From the NCBI GenBank assembly GCA_903813345.2, contig CAIIXF020000001.1, positions 1,426,001 to 1,490,000 on the forward strand: a stretch of 64,000 bases of DNA. The letters are read 5' to 3'. The DNA comes from Owenia fusiformis (Eukaryota). The notes below the pieces were generated by a model. It was not told the origin of the DNA. It did not search any database and saw nothing but the letters and a program-made list of their open reading frames with translations. Each line of letters opens with the position of its first letter. The first letter of the stretch is position 1. Both the position numbers and the translations under genes were made by a program. Below are positions 1-12,934 of the stretch, piece by piece.

Positions 1-99
1 TTTTATTAGCTAATTAAAATTAAATAAAATTGAAAGGAAGTCCCATTTGAGAGTTACACATATTTTGTCTTATTTAAATACAAACCCTAACGTGATATG

Positions 100-427
100 T
101 TTTCATGAAATCCAATCCAAGGCTCAAGATACAACGAGTTAATTTAAGTGAAATCATAACGTGAAGACGGGTTTTTATGAATTTATTCATAAAATCCCAT
201 CCAAGGGTCAAGATAAAACGATAAAATGTCAGTGCAAATCCTAATGCGATGATATTTTTTCATGAATATTTTTATAAAATCTCATCCAAGGGTCAAGGTA
301 AAATTTTGGTTTTGATTTGATTAGTATTGGGTCACGTGAATGTCCATGTGATAGATCCATAAAAGGCTCAAATAGATATAAATATACGTAGTATAAATAT
401 TTACGCGTTTGCTGGTTAAGGAGTTAA
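100..427. repeat. End of a repeat element with three ~84-bp sub-repeats
   Basis: AAATC..ATCCAAGG.TCAAG recurs near 108, 193 and 277; ends ...GGTTAAGGAG-TTAA (piggyBac-like end, unconfirmed). Confidence 0.4.
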
Positions 428-617
428 CAATATACTAAGACAATTTAAGCTAATTAATAAGGAACACACAAATAAAAACAAATAACGCAATCATTACTAA
501 TAAGCCAAATGGTTTGCTCGTGAACACTAAATGCAAGGTATAATAGTAGAGTGTAGGTACACGCGTATAATGCTACTTAGCAAAACCTACAAGAAACATA
601 GATACATATACGCCTAT

Positions 618-870
618 TCATATGGCCTTCGCATTGTATCCATTCCGTTGCAATAATTCTTTCACAGTTCCTATGTTTATTGGATATACAAAATCAATCA
701 TATTAGAATGCGTTGGATGATGAATTGCAATATCTTGACCACTCATTGAGTGAACGTTTTCGATATCGCATATTTGTCGGGTCTCCTGGGGAGGGCAGTA
801 ACAACTTTTGTCGTTTGATTCCGAGGAGATCCAGAGGCACTGGTCAGACCATATTTCACTGAAACAATAA
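618..870 (-). CDS. Putative orphan terminal exon, unknown protein
   Basis: ttttttacag acceptor (alternative in-phase tttcag at 859-860) followed by 83 sense codons YCFSEIWSDQCLWISS...CYCPPQ...ELLQRNGYNAKAI and TGA; higher GC than its flanks; not recognised. Confidence 0.45.
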
Positions 871-1319
871 CTGTAAAAAATTGGTATTTTTTATAAAACT
901 GAAAATAATTGAAACTAAATTAATTCTTGTTCTTTATTTTATGCGTTCGAAAAATATAACGCCTTTATCTGATATCCGTCAGCATATTTTTTGCTCGTTC
1001 CTGTTGTTAATAGATTCGATCAAAGATTATCAATTATGGGTATTTGCTAATGTAACAGTACAACACGCCCATCAAGACATGTCATATCTCAATAATAAGT
1101 AGTCATCTTTTAATTTTGGTTCATTGTATATAGGAATATTCATTCAGAGTTAGTCCATGGTATGACTTCCGAATATGAAGGATCCGTAGCACACTATAGC
1201 GCAGCAACATTTGAAGCAATATTTATGGAGGTGCATATGTCTTGATTCTTTTAAAATACCATTTGATGAAAAAACTTACGGCTTTCGGGTCGAAAAATGT
1301 CTTTCATCACAAGGGATCC

Positions 1320-3492
1320 AACAAGGCATTAACATGACAAAATGTCACTACCTAGTTGCTCACCATAAATTCAAATCTGACTTAAGTCAGATTTGAATTT
1401 CTGAGAACTTGTAAAGTCAAATTTGAACTTTTGAAAAGATGTAGATGATTTTGAAAAAAAAATTGGGTCAATTTGAAGCAAGTTGAAAACAGACCTTTTT
1501 GACTTTTTTTGACCTTGAGAAGGTCATTAAAGGTCAAATGTCAAATCTAAAGTCAGATTTGAATTTCTTAGAACATGTAGATGATTTTGAAAAAAAAAAT
1601 TAGTCAATTTGAAGCAAGTTGAAAAAAGACCTTTTTGACCCTTTTTGACCTTTTTTAACCTTGAGGTGATTGAAGGTAAAATGTCAAATCTAAAGTCAAA
1701 TCTAAAGTCATATTTGAATTTCTGAGAACATGTAGATGATTTTGAAAAAAAATTTAGTCAATTTGAAGCAAGATGAAAAAATACCTTTTTGACCTTTTTT
1801 GACAAAGAGAAGGTCATTGAAGGTCAAATGTCAAATCTAAAGTCATATTTGAATTTCTGAGAACATGTAGATGATTTTGAAAAAAAATTTAGTCAATTTG
1901 AAGCAAGATGAAAAAATACCTTTTTGACCTTTTTTGACAAAGAGAAGGTCATTGAAGGTCAAATGTCAAATCTAAAGTCAGATTTGAATTTCTGAGAACA
2001 TGTAGATGATTTTGAAAAAAAAAATTAGTCAATTTGAAGCAAGTTGAAAAAAGACCTTTTTGACCCTTTTTGACCTTTTTTAACCTTGAGGTGATTGAAG
2101 GTAAAATGTCAAATCTAAAGTCAAATCTAAAGTCATATTTGAATTTCTGAGAACATGTAGATGATTTTGAAAAAAAATTTAGTCAATTTGAAGCAAGATG
2201 AAAAAATACCTTTTTGACCTTTTTTGACAAAGAGAAGGTCATTGAAGGTCAAATGTCAAATCTAAAGTCAGATTTGAATTTCTGAGAACATGTAGATGAT
2301 TTTGAAAAAAAAATTTAGTCAATTTGAAGCAAGTTGAAAAAAGACCTTTTTGACCTTTTTTGACTTTGTGAAGGTCATTGAAGGTCAAATGTGAAATCTT
2401 AAGTCAAATCTAAAGTCAAATCTAAAGTCAGATTTGAATTTCTGAGAACACGTAGATGATTTTGAACATTTTTTTTAGTCAATTTGAAGCAAGTCGAAAA
2501 CAGACCTTTTTGACCTTTTTTGACCTTGAGAAGGTCATTGAAGGTCAAATGTCAAATCTTACGTCAAATCTTAAGTCAGATTTGAATTTCTGAGAACACG
2601 TAGATGATTTTGAAAAAAAAATTTAGTCAATTTGAAGCAAGTTGAAAACAGACCTTTTTGACCTTTTTTGACCTCGAAAAGGTCATTGAAGGTCAAATGT
2701 CAAATCTAAAGTCAGATTTGAATTTCTGAGAACATGTAGATGATTTTGAAAAAAAAAATTAGTCAATTTGAAGCAAGTTGAAAAAAGACCTTTTTGACCT
2801 TTTTTGACTTTGAGAAGGTCATTGAAGGTCAAATGTCAAATCTTAAGTCAAATCTAAAGTCAGATTTGAATTTCTGAGAACACGTAGATGATTTTGAAAA
2901 TTTTTTTTAGTCAATTTGAAGCAAGTTGAAAACAGACCTTTTTGACCTTTTTTGACCTTGAGAAGGTCATTGAAGGTCAAATGTCAAATCTTAAGTCAAA
3001 TCTTAAGTCAGATTTGAATTTCTGAGAACATGTAGATGATTTTGAAAAAAAAATTTAGTCAATTTCAAGCAAGTTGAAAACAGACCTTTTTGACCTTTTT
3101 TGACCTTGAGAAGGTCATTGAAGGTCAAATGTCAAATCTTAAGTCAGATTTGAAGGTCAAATGTCAAATCTAAAGTCAGATTTGAATTTCTGAGAACATG
3201 TAGATGATTTTGAAAAAAAATTTAGTCAATGTGAAGCAAGTTGAAAAAAGACCTTTTTGACCTTGAGAAGGTCATTGAAGGTCAAATGTCAAATCTAAAG
3301 TCAGATTTGAACTTCTGAGAACATGTAGATGATTTAGAAAAAAATTGAAGTCAGTCTAAACAGTATTTGTTAAGTTATAGGAAGTTGTAAGAAATTGTTA
3401 CAGACGCCGGACGCCAACCGCCGGACGCCAACCGCCGTCGCAAAAAAACGGAGACCATAACAAAATGTCACCACTTTTGGTGGTGACATAAA
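1320..3492 (-). mobile_element. Helentron/DINE-type non-autonomous element with an internal ~135-bp tandem array (~14 units), nested in A1
   Basis: Terminal palindrome TGTCACCACTTTTGGTGGTGACA, GACGCC microsatellite, subterminal TGTCAC(C/T)ACC at the other end, units of ~135 or ~148 bp. Confidence 0.8.
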
Positions 3493-4030
3493 AACGTAAA
3501 TATTTTGATTCGAACTTTTATACATTTTATAAGACTCTGGGAATATATTAGTTTTCTTACCATTTAAAACATTTTATTACCAGATGTTTTCCATATAATC
3601 GCAAGGGGTCAAACAACAAATTATTGTTCATGTTTTATAGAACATAATACAATAATAAATAGGTACGATTTATATCAAATTAAATGTTACAGAGATATTG
3701 GAATGTTCATATATTCCAAGGGCATGTCTAATAATCAATTAGAGTTATATGCAATCGAACGCCTTACAATTCTTCCTCGGCGTTACTGCTGGCTATCATC
3801 AAGTTTTTTGATGGTTGTTTCTTCTTTGACCTTACCGATGGATATAAGCAGATTTTAGGAAGATAATGATAACCATTTTTCTCAATTATTCAGGATTTCG
3901 ACCAAGTATTGGTGTTTTTTTATAAGCAACTGAGCTATATCTAACTACGAGAAATATAATTTCCAGCTGTAGTCCCAATTAGGCAAGGAAGAGCAATAGG
4001 CTCTCCTTTATTTTTGAATGTTCACTGCTG

Positions 4031-4467
4031 AATAAATAGAGGATATCCTATGATTTATGAGTGATATGATTTTTATCCACGAATGGATATGATATCTGCA
4101 CGAGCGAGCGTAGCGAGAGAGTGCAGATATCAATATCCATGAGTGGATTAAAATCATATCACGAGTAAATCATAGGATGTTCTTTTTATTCCATAGTTAA
4201 AGTAATCATCAGAATCGTCGGAAATTAAGTTATTTAATTCGAATTTCCAAACGATCCGGCGATGTTGACACTTAGCCTCGTTTTGAGTCTGAAGTAGCAA
4301 AAATCCATAAACCATCGCATACGACGTCGTATGTCATGGTTAAAAAACCGTATGTTACGGTTAAGTGAAAATTTGTCAAAAATATCATATTTTACCACTG
4401 ATTACAAAAATACCGTTTTTATTTTCACATGTTATCCTATGAATATCATGCTAACTATGGAATAAAA
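4031..4467. mobile_element. Hairpin-headed non-autonomous element
   Basis: ~134-bp imperfect palindrome 4045-4178 centred on GAGCGAGCGTAGCGAG, plus the inverted pair TTTTATTCCATAGTTA (4184) and TAACTATGGAATAAAA (4452). Confidence 0.65.
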
Positions 4468-4959
4468 GTCAATATCTCAAAACGTATTGAGACCCATTTT
4501 GTGAAAAACTAACATAATTTAAGCATTTGTCATTCTAATATAAAAGTGATTAATTTCTAGCATTAATCTTATTAATACCTGAGAAACAATACAAAACGTC
4601 GATGCACTGATTACATAATGTTTTGGTATTGATAAGAAAAATAACCTCAAACGTATAGCTTAGAAACCTAGATCATATATTTAAAATATTTTTGTATTAT
4701 TTGCTGTTGCATTGTGTTCTCCAAACTGTGAAAAATTGGGATTTTATTTTTGGGTAATTTTTTGACCTCTGTTAATGGCAGGCATAATTCACCCTAAAAG
4801 CCGGAAGTATATTAAATGGTTATAATAAAAATTATTAGGGAACATATGTAGGTATGTTAATGTAAGGTCAAATATCGCTGCGCTATAGTGTGCTACCATC
4901 TCCTTTATTAGACGTCCTAGATATTTCATACCATGGACTAAGTGTGATGAAAGCATTGT

Positions 4960-5209
4960 ATACTCCTCAAAAAAAGTTAAGGACCAGTGGTTTTCCTCAT
5001 AGGTTTACATGTTAACCCCCATATTTGTTTGAACGACTATTTTCTAAGCGGGGAACAAAAGAAATCCAAATAAAGTAAATAAATCTGTATCTTGATTATA
5101 TTCCCTATAAAGTCCGCAACGTTTCAATGTTATATGCATTGGGTCAAAATTTGATGTCAAAATTGATGAATTTCATGAAATTTAACAAAAATGGCAGATC
5201 CCATGTTAA
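4960..5209. mobile_element. Tc1/mariner-like MITE, left part
   Basis: TA-TACTCCTCAAAAAAAGTTAAGGACC terminus; 5140-5210 plus 6653-6670 resembles 48210-48280. Confidence 0.45.
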
Positions 5210-6653
5210 ACAAGGCATTAACATGACAAAATGTCACCACCTAGTTGCTCACAATATTATGAGTTCAAACTTAAGTCAGATTTGAATTTCTGAGAACTTG
5301 TAAAGTCAAATTTGAACTTCTGAAAAGATGTAGATGTAGATGATTTTGAAAAAAAAATTTGGTCAATTTGAAGCAAGTTGAAAAAATACCTTTTTGACCT
5401 TTTTTGACCTTGAGAAGGTCATTAAAGGTCAAATGTCAAATCTAAAGTCAGATTTGAATTTCTGAGAACATGTAGATGATTTTGAAAAAAAAATTTAGTC
5501 AATTTGAAGCAAGTTGAAAAAAGACCTTTTTGACCTTTTTTGACTTTGAGAAGGTCATTGAAGGTCAAATCTCAAATCTTAAGTCAAATCTAAAGTCAGA
5601 TTTGAATTTCTGAGAACACGTAGATGATTTTGAAATTTTTTTAGTCAATTTGAAGCACGTTGAAAACAGACCTTTTTGACCTTTTTTGACCTTGAGAAGG
5701 TCATTGAAGGTCAAATGTCAAATCTAAAGTCAGATTTGAATTTTTGAGAACATGTAGATGATTTTGAAAAAAAGATTTAGTCAATTTGAAGCAAGTTGAA
5801 AAAAGACCTTTTTGACCTTTTTTGACTTTGAGAAGGTCATTGAAGGTCAAATGTCAAATCTTAAGTCAAATCTAAAGTCAGATTTGAATTTCTGAGAACA
5901 CGTAGATGGTTTTGAAATTTTTTTTTAGTCAATTTGAAGCAAGTTGAAAACAGACCTTTTTGACCTTTTTTGACCTTGAGAAGGTCATTGAAGGTCAAAT
6001 GTCAAATCTTAAGTCAGATTTGAATTTCTGAGAACACGTAGATGATTTTGAAAAAAAATTTAGTCAATTTGAAGCAAGTTGAAAACAGACCTTTTTGACC
6101 TTTTTTGACCTTGAGAAGGTCATTGAAGGTCAAATGTCAAATCTTAAGTCAGATTTGAATTTCTGAGAACATGTAGATGATTTTGAAAAAAAAATTTAGC
6201 CAATTTGAAGCAAGTTGAAAAAAGACCTTTTTGACCTTTTTTGACCTTGAGAAGGTCATTGAAGGTCAAATGTCAAATCTAAAGTCAGATTTGAAGGTCA
6301 AATGTCAAATCTAAAGTCAGATTTGAATTTCTGAGAACATGTAGATGATTTTGAAAAAAGATTTAGTCAATGTGAAGCAAGTTGAAAAAAGACCTTTTTT
6401 ACCTTGAGAAGGTCATTGAAGGTCAAATGTCAAATCTAAAGTCAGATTTGAACTTCTGAGAACATGTAGATGATTTAGAAAAATATTGAAGTCAGTCTAA
6501 ACAGTATTTGTTAAGTTATAGGAAGTTGTAAGAAATTGTTACAGACGCCGGACGCCAACCGCCAGACGCCGGACGCCAACCACCAACCGCCGGACGCCGT
6601 CACAAAAAAACGGAGACCATAACAATATGTCACCACTTTTGGTGGTGACATAA
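5210..6653 (-). mobile_element. Second copy of the same Helentron-type element (~9 tandem units)
   Basis: Near-identical ends and repeat unit to 1320-3492; inserted into a Tc1-like MITE that begins near 4960. Confidence 0.8.
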
Positions 6654-7870
6654 CAAATGGGGAATGGTTGGGTTGCCATAAGTCATATGAGGAACGATCC
6701 ATCCATCCGATTGCTCTCAAAATTGAAATTGTAAGAGATAATTAAATTTGCTAAATTGTCCACAAAAATATTATTTAATTGTCCAGGCTTTACAAAAGTT
6801 AATGGTTTCAAATTCAATAATTTTTTAATGATCCTCTTATTGAAATAACACAGGTGGTTCAGTGAGGTGGTCAAAATTACTTTAACGCTCCGTATCGCTA
6901 ATTTTAACAACATAAGCGAGACATTTAGCATGTAAAATGTAAAATCATTCAATTTTCTACTTAAAAAGTATTTTTAATAAAAGTTTTACTGAATAGATAT
7001 TCCAAAATCTGAGTTGCCCCTAAGCAACCATTCACTCGAAGACAGAGCCAGAAACCCCTCCTTCGAGGAAGAATTACATAACGCACAAACAAACTTGTCT
7101 GTTCTGCTTACTCTGTATTATTTTACTGTTACTGGTACAATTGATGATACACAACACATTTAATGCTTGACCATTTTACTGTCTGAATCATGAATAGAAT
7201 TAAAATTTGGCCTGAAGTGCCTATCTAAACTTGAATAACCACAGCAATACTTGCATTTAACCTTCTACAAAATAGACATGCAGAATGTCCAAGTATGTCA
7301 GTAACTTCTTAATCTATATTGATGGGTCGTTTTCAAACAATTGTTCTAAAATCATAAAATTACCTGAATCTATCACAGTTGAACACTCTTTGTCAGCCAT
7401 ATTTCTTTTGGTTTAAAAAGAGCGGGAATCTTTAACCATGGGCAACTCTAGTTGAAAGCCCATGCTTTAACCAATCATTGATGACCATGCAAATACCATG
7501 CAATATTGCATGGACATGCATGGATGCCAATCTCTTTATGCTATAAGTGAAACCAAGTGCCAACATTGCGTTGTGAGCATATGATTTTCACTGCGATTGT
7601 AAATGAATAGTTCGCAGTCGCAGACACTCCGACATCGCACGATGGTCGCAATGACTGCGACGTCGCAGTTACTGCGATACGTTGATGAAAGACCCCTCAG
7701 GTCAAGTATGGTCTAATGATTTAGCGGTTAATTGATCATGGAGTGCCTTCTGCAAGAGTTACTCAGGCCGAATGATATCCAAATGAGAACACCGTGGTTC
7801 CAGACAGTTTGAGCCCCTCCATGTATAGCAAGGGCCATACAAAAATTTCTTCTCTCCATATAAAGACATT

Positions 7871-10800
7871 TAGACAGGTTCCAATTTCAGAATATCTCAA
7901 GGGAAAGGGTTTTTGAGGCATTTTTTAGAAAAAGCAACAGACCTATTTCTTCTGGATCAGTTTTTCATGCTGATAAAGATATTAAAAGATGACAGCTCAA
8001 CGGGGTGGTCATGACACTGAATTTTAGCGTTTTTACCCCCCTAGGAAAATATTCTAGGGGGTACTATGAAACTAGTTCATAACTCAAAGGATATATAAAC
8101 TATTGTTCTGAGTTCTACAGCATACATTGTTAGTACAGAGATGAATACTACCCTAAAGTTATAGGTTGATATCTTTGTTGGTTTCGGAAAAATACAATTA
8201 ATTAGAAAAAAATATGCAATTTTTGTCATTTTTTCTTGCTTATTTTATATTTGTAGCTTCAAGCAAAATATGATAACTTAAACAGCTCAAAGTAGTATTC
8301 TAACAACATTCCTAAGCTATGTGTGATATTGTAATACATCTATTATAGTGATGAATCCAAATTTCTAATTTTAATATGACTTTATAGTGCCCTACCCCTG
8401 GTAAATAGAAGAAAGTTGGTGAAGTTTTCTTCTGGTTTTATAACATTTTATTGTCTTCTTAGTTGAAGATACAATCAATTCTGTCAGTTAACCATGAGAA
8501 GCTTTACAATGGTTAACTATTCCCATGAATAGAGGGTTGGGACCTCAAAAATACTGCTAAGTGGCATCCTTGGGCAACCCTCTTCAGAGCATTTTCCTTA
8601 TACTCCGATAAAATCTGCAGGGGATACTATAAGAAACCTATATATCTAAGATACTAATGAAGATACTGAATTCAAATTTTCAGGATTTGGTCCTGGTATG
8701 ATAGGTAATCTGTATGACAAAAAGAAAAAACTCTGTTGCCATAGTAACAAGAATACGACACTATTTGTTTCCTAAGAAATGTGTTTTAAGAGGTTTTGTC
8801 ATTCTCTTCATATTTTTAATTCTAAATATGTCTACAATGTGGGATGATTAAAATTATGGTAAAGTAATCTTTTCTTTTGTTCTATTGTTCTCTAAAACAG
8901 AAGTTGCTAGGGCGACACATAGATCATAGAAAAAATCCTGAGATGATCACTCTATTTGTCAGGAAATTGAAATGGAAACTGAAAAATGAGTTTCTTCCTA
9001 CTGAATAGCAATTTGGTAGACCATGGCTGACACGCACAAGAGAAAACGTCTATCAGTTCTATGTCATTTTGTTGTTATTTTTATTTATTTATCGTGCTCT
9101 GGGACTTATAACACCTAATGCTGAATCTTTCCCAACTGCAAAGGAAGGCAAGATTTTAATAATGAACATTCATATATCTCAACAAATATGGCCTAAGATT
9201 TGGACAATGATGATGAAACTCTGAGGGAAAATTAGACGAAACATTAATGTGAGTGGTCCAAAAATAACACTTACATGTTTTGAAAAAGCTATGCTCTCGG
9301 GTGAATCAGTGCTCATTTAAGGATAGTCTGAATCCGGTGAATTTTTTAACCTAATTGTACCCCTCCCCCAAAACCCCCAAATTTTGACAATTGTCGAAAA
9401 ATGGCAAACAACAATTAAACAAACATCATTAAAGTTCAATATGGCTATTTCGCTTCTATGTCATAATGATATGGTACGATCTCAGGTCAATCAATAAAGT
9501 TCACAAGTGACACTCTATCTTATGAAGAAAATATTATTGTATTTGAAGAGATGACAAAAATTTGGTGGAAATAATTTTGTCACTCCTGATTTGACTTGGA
9601 AAGGTTCAGGTAAGTAATCACAAACAATTTCAGACAGTTATATCTTTGATTATGACTATTTTCTGACCATGAAGACAGGTATACAGGGATAATAAAGTCA
9701 ATCGGACTCCGAGATATTTCACTAGCAATCAACCCATCAATATATTTTTTCAAAGTTGTTGACCTCATTTTCACCAAAAATGACATCATTTTAACAATGT
9801 TAACAATTCGGTGTCTTTAAAGTCCCTGGAGCAATCCACTTTTCTTCTTAGGAAATAGAACATGTCTCAAAGCATATTCTAATTATGCATTCAACAATAT
9901 AATTAAAGGTTGCATCTTTGGTAAAAATTAGGTCAACATTTTTAGTAAAAAGTATGTTGATTGGGCCATTCCCTTTAATATCACTTAGGTCTGATTTGAA
10001 TCATAATATTTACTTTTCTTGAAGATAATGAATAGATCTAAAAGATACACCCATGTTCATGGTCAGAAAATATTCATAATTCAAGTTAGAATTGTCTGAA
10101 GTTGTTTGCGATAACCTACATGCTCCTTTATAACATTATTATGTAAATACAGTAGAACCTGTGTAAGTGGAACACTCTCCGTTCTGCCACAAAGCGTTCC
10201 ATTTAGAAGGTGTTCCACTTATGGAGGTTTTGGGTTCGCAGGGAACATACAAGATCAAATATAGGATTTATATGTATCATTGAAAATATGATTCTCCCTT
10301 CATTACAGGGCAGGTATATACCATTAATAATCCATTTATTTTACTCAAAAAGGAATCTGACATTCTTAATCCTCCTCATTCTGCCAAAAATGTTTTCTGA
10401 CATTCTTAATCCTCCTAATTGTGCCAGTCTCGGGTACAAAGATTAGGCAATTAAGTTTTAAAGACTTGTTCCTACTGCTAATAATTCAATTGTTTTTAAA
10501 TGACATTTTTAATCTTACTTATTAAGTTTGAAACAAACAGCAAGGGATATTAATTAGTGGTAGCATCACGTGTCCAGTTCTACAGGAGGTTAATCCAATT
10601 TTCTGAATGATAATCTTATGAAATCCTAATTTGCTGATTATCAAATTAATTATTAGTTGCATCACATGTTGACCTCTACAGGAGGTTAATCCATTAAAAT
10701 CCATTAAAGTCCTAATTTGCCAATTATCACAGTATTACCTGTTTTCATACCCAGATATCATTGAAGGAGATTAATTCTGTTTACATATATCAATATTGAA

Positions 10801-11846
10801 ACCTATGGAAATTGACTGTTCCACTTAGCAGGTTAATTTTTCAATATGGGGTGTTCACTGTTCAAGTTTGGAGGTGTTCCACATACAGAGGTTCAATTAA
10901 CATTAAGTCAATGGGTTTTTAAAACAGGACTTTGAAAAGGCGTTCCACTTGGGAGGTGTTCCACTTACAGAGGTGTTCCACTTAGCAGGTTCTACTGTAC
11001 ATTACTTGTGCATGATGACCACCATAGTCTAGTTGCTCAAATGAGATCAATTGATGATGATGATAATGTTTAGACTTTATGTCAATGTCCAGACTGTATG
11101 CCAACCTCTCTAGTATGTGATTACACTAGATTTCATTATGATACATGTACTAAATTGAAAACTTAATTACATATAAAATATCTTAAGTCCTATATTCTAG
11201 TAATAAATGAATTAGAATGTCACCTAACATTTGATGATGGTATGAATTTATTGATTTGGTGTCTATCAATACACGTTTCTAACTTAATGCTGCAAAATGA
11301 TAAAATTCACCACATCCACTTTCTTCAATTTTCCAGGGGTAGGGCACTATAAAGTCATATTAAAATTACAAAATAGTACTTCATAACTAAAATAGATGTA
11401 TTACAATACCACACATAGCTTGGAAATGTTTTTAGAATACTACTATGAGCTGTTAAAGCTGTCATATTGTGCTTGAAGCTACAAATATAAAATTGGCAAG
11501 ACAAAAATTGCGTATATTTTTCCTGTTTTTTGTATTTTTCTGAGACCAATAAGGGTATCAATCTATAACTTTAGGATAGTATTCATATTTGTACTAGCAA
11601 TGTATGGTGTACAACTCAGAACAATAGCTCATATATCCTTTGAGTTATGAACTAGTTTCATAGTACCCCCTAGAATATTTTCCTAGGGGGGTAAAAATGC
11701 CAAAATTTAGTGTCGTGACCACCCCGTTAAGCTGTCATCTTTTAATATCTTTATCAGCATGAAAAACTGATCTAGTAAAAATAGGTCTGTTGCTTTTTCT
11801 AAAAAATGCCTCAAAAACTTGAATTATTTGAATTGGAACCTGTCTA
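7871..11846. mobile_element. Academ-like element A2 with ~545-bp TIRs
   Basis: TAGACAGGTTCCAAT...ATTGGAACCTGTCTA termini; 7871-8415 is the inverse of 11320-11846; 3-bp TSD ATT. Confidence 0.8.
10150..10997. mobile_element. pogo/Tigger-like (Tc1/mariner) MITE nested in A2
   Basis: CAGTAGAACCTG...CAGGTTCTACTG TIRs, TA TSD, repeated subterminal GGTGTTCCACTT motifs. Confidence 0.85.
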
Positions 11847-12934
11847 ATTGTGAGGGCCTCACTATTCAACAGATTTAACATCACAAACATTTTCATGTTT
11901 ATGCTTATCCGAAGTCAAGAGACATAGAACAACGTGTGAGGTCAACATGTGAAATGAAATTCAAAACATTCCACTGGAAACATTATCAAAACAATGTAGC
12001 AGAAGGATGCAGGCTTTCATTGAAATGTAATGAGGTTAAATTAAACGCATGGGATAAAAAGGGTTAAAGCATCAAAAAGGCAAGACTGAACTAAAAATTT
12101 GGTATTGGAGAGAAAACTGACATGCTTTTCCTTTCCTAAATGACCATGCAAAAAATATCTAAAAGTTTTGATTGATTTATCTGCTGTTGATATATTATAT
12201 AATATACTATATATATAATATAATATTATACCTATATATTAATTTCTTCAGAAAGCATATAGTATGGTAAAATCAGTTAGGTTTAGGTGTAAGAATTGCG
12301 CACAGTCACCAGCGTGCAAAAAGTCAATCTTTTTGCAATAAATAATAAGTGGAGGTCTAAATGACCTGTAATAAATGCAAAGAGATGACGTTATCATCAC
12401 AAAATGAATGTTCATGCTGTTTTTTTAAATGAGGTTTTTAAAAATATATCATTTTGATATTTTTATAACATTTTGTAAACGATACGATAGAGGCATGGGT
12501 TTCTGACTAGGAGATGTGGAGACCTACTACAAGCACATCAATCTGTCTGTCATTTTGTCTGCCTGTTCGGACATCTCCTTCTACACCATTTAACCTTATA
12601 GTAAGTGGGTTTGTGGGTTTTCTCCGAAAAAGTCAAGGTCATTCAAACGTAAACGATCAATGTCTAATGTATTTGGCGTTTACTGATACTATTGTTGGCG
12701 AATCATGATTAGGTGACCCGAGGTCAACATTTATGTCTTTGGGACAAGTTCATCTCAAGGTCAAAGATGAATATCTAGGTATTTTGCGTTTCAAGGCCTT
12801 TGGACGTTTCACCCTTATCATGTTAAGTACATTCACAATATATATATATACAAAATATGTTTAATTTTTCTGAGTGGTGGGGGGAATTTGCTGGAAAATA
12901 TTTCAATTGGTGATACAAGCAAATTTAATGGCTT

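Larger units (their letters stand above)
1151..4940. mobile_element. Academ-like non-autonomous DNA transposon (element A1)
   Basis: Imperfect ~65-bp TIRs TAGTCCATGGTATGA...GTAGCACACTATAGCGCAGC; 3-bp TSD AGT; the empty site CATTCAGAGTGTGATGA is seen in a paralogous sequence near 27887-27903. Confidence 0.75.

Noticed and set aside
1388-6490. Regular repeats as a CRISPR array
   Set aside because: Units are contiguous with no unique spacers, the DNA is eukaryotic and there are no cas genes
7364-7400. Mini first exon MADKECSTVIDS with a GTAA donor (minus strand)
   Set aside because: Too short; its phase 1 end does not match the phase 2 start of the 870-618 exon, and no linking exon was found
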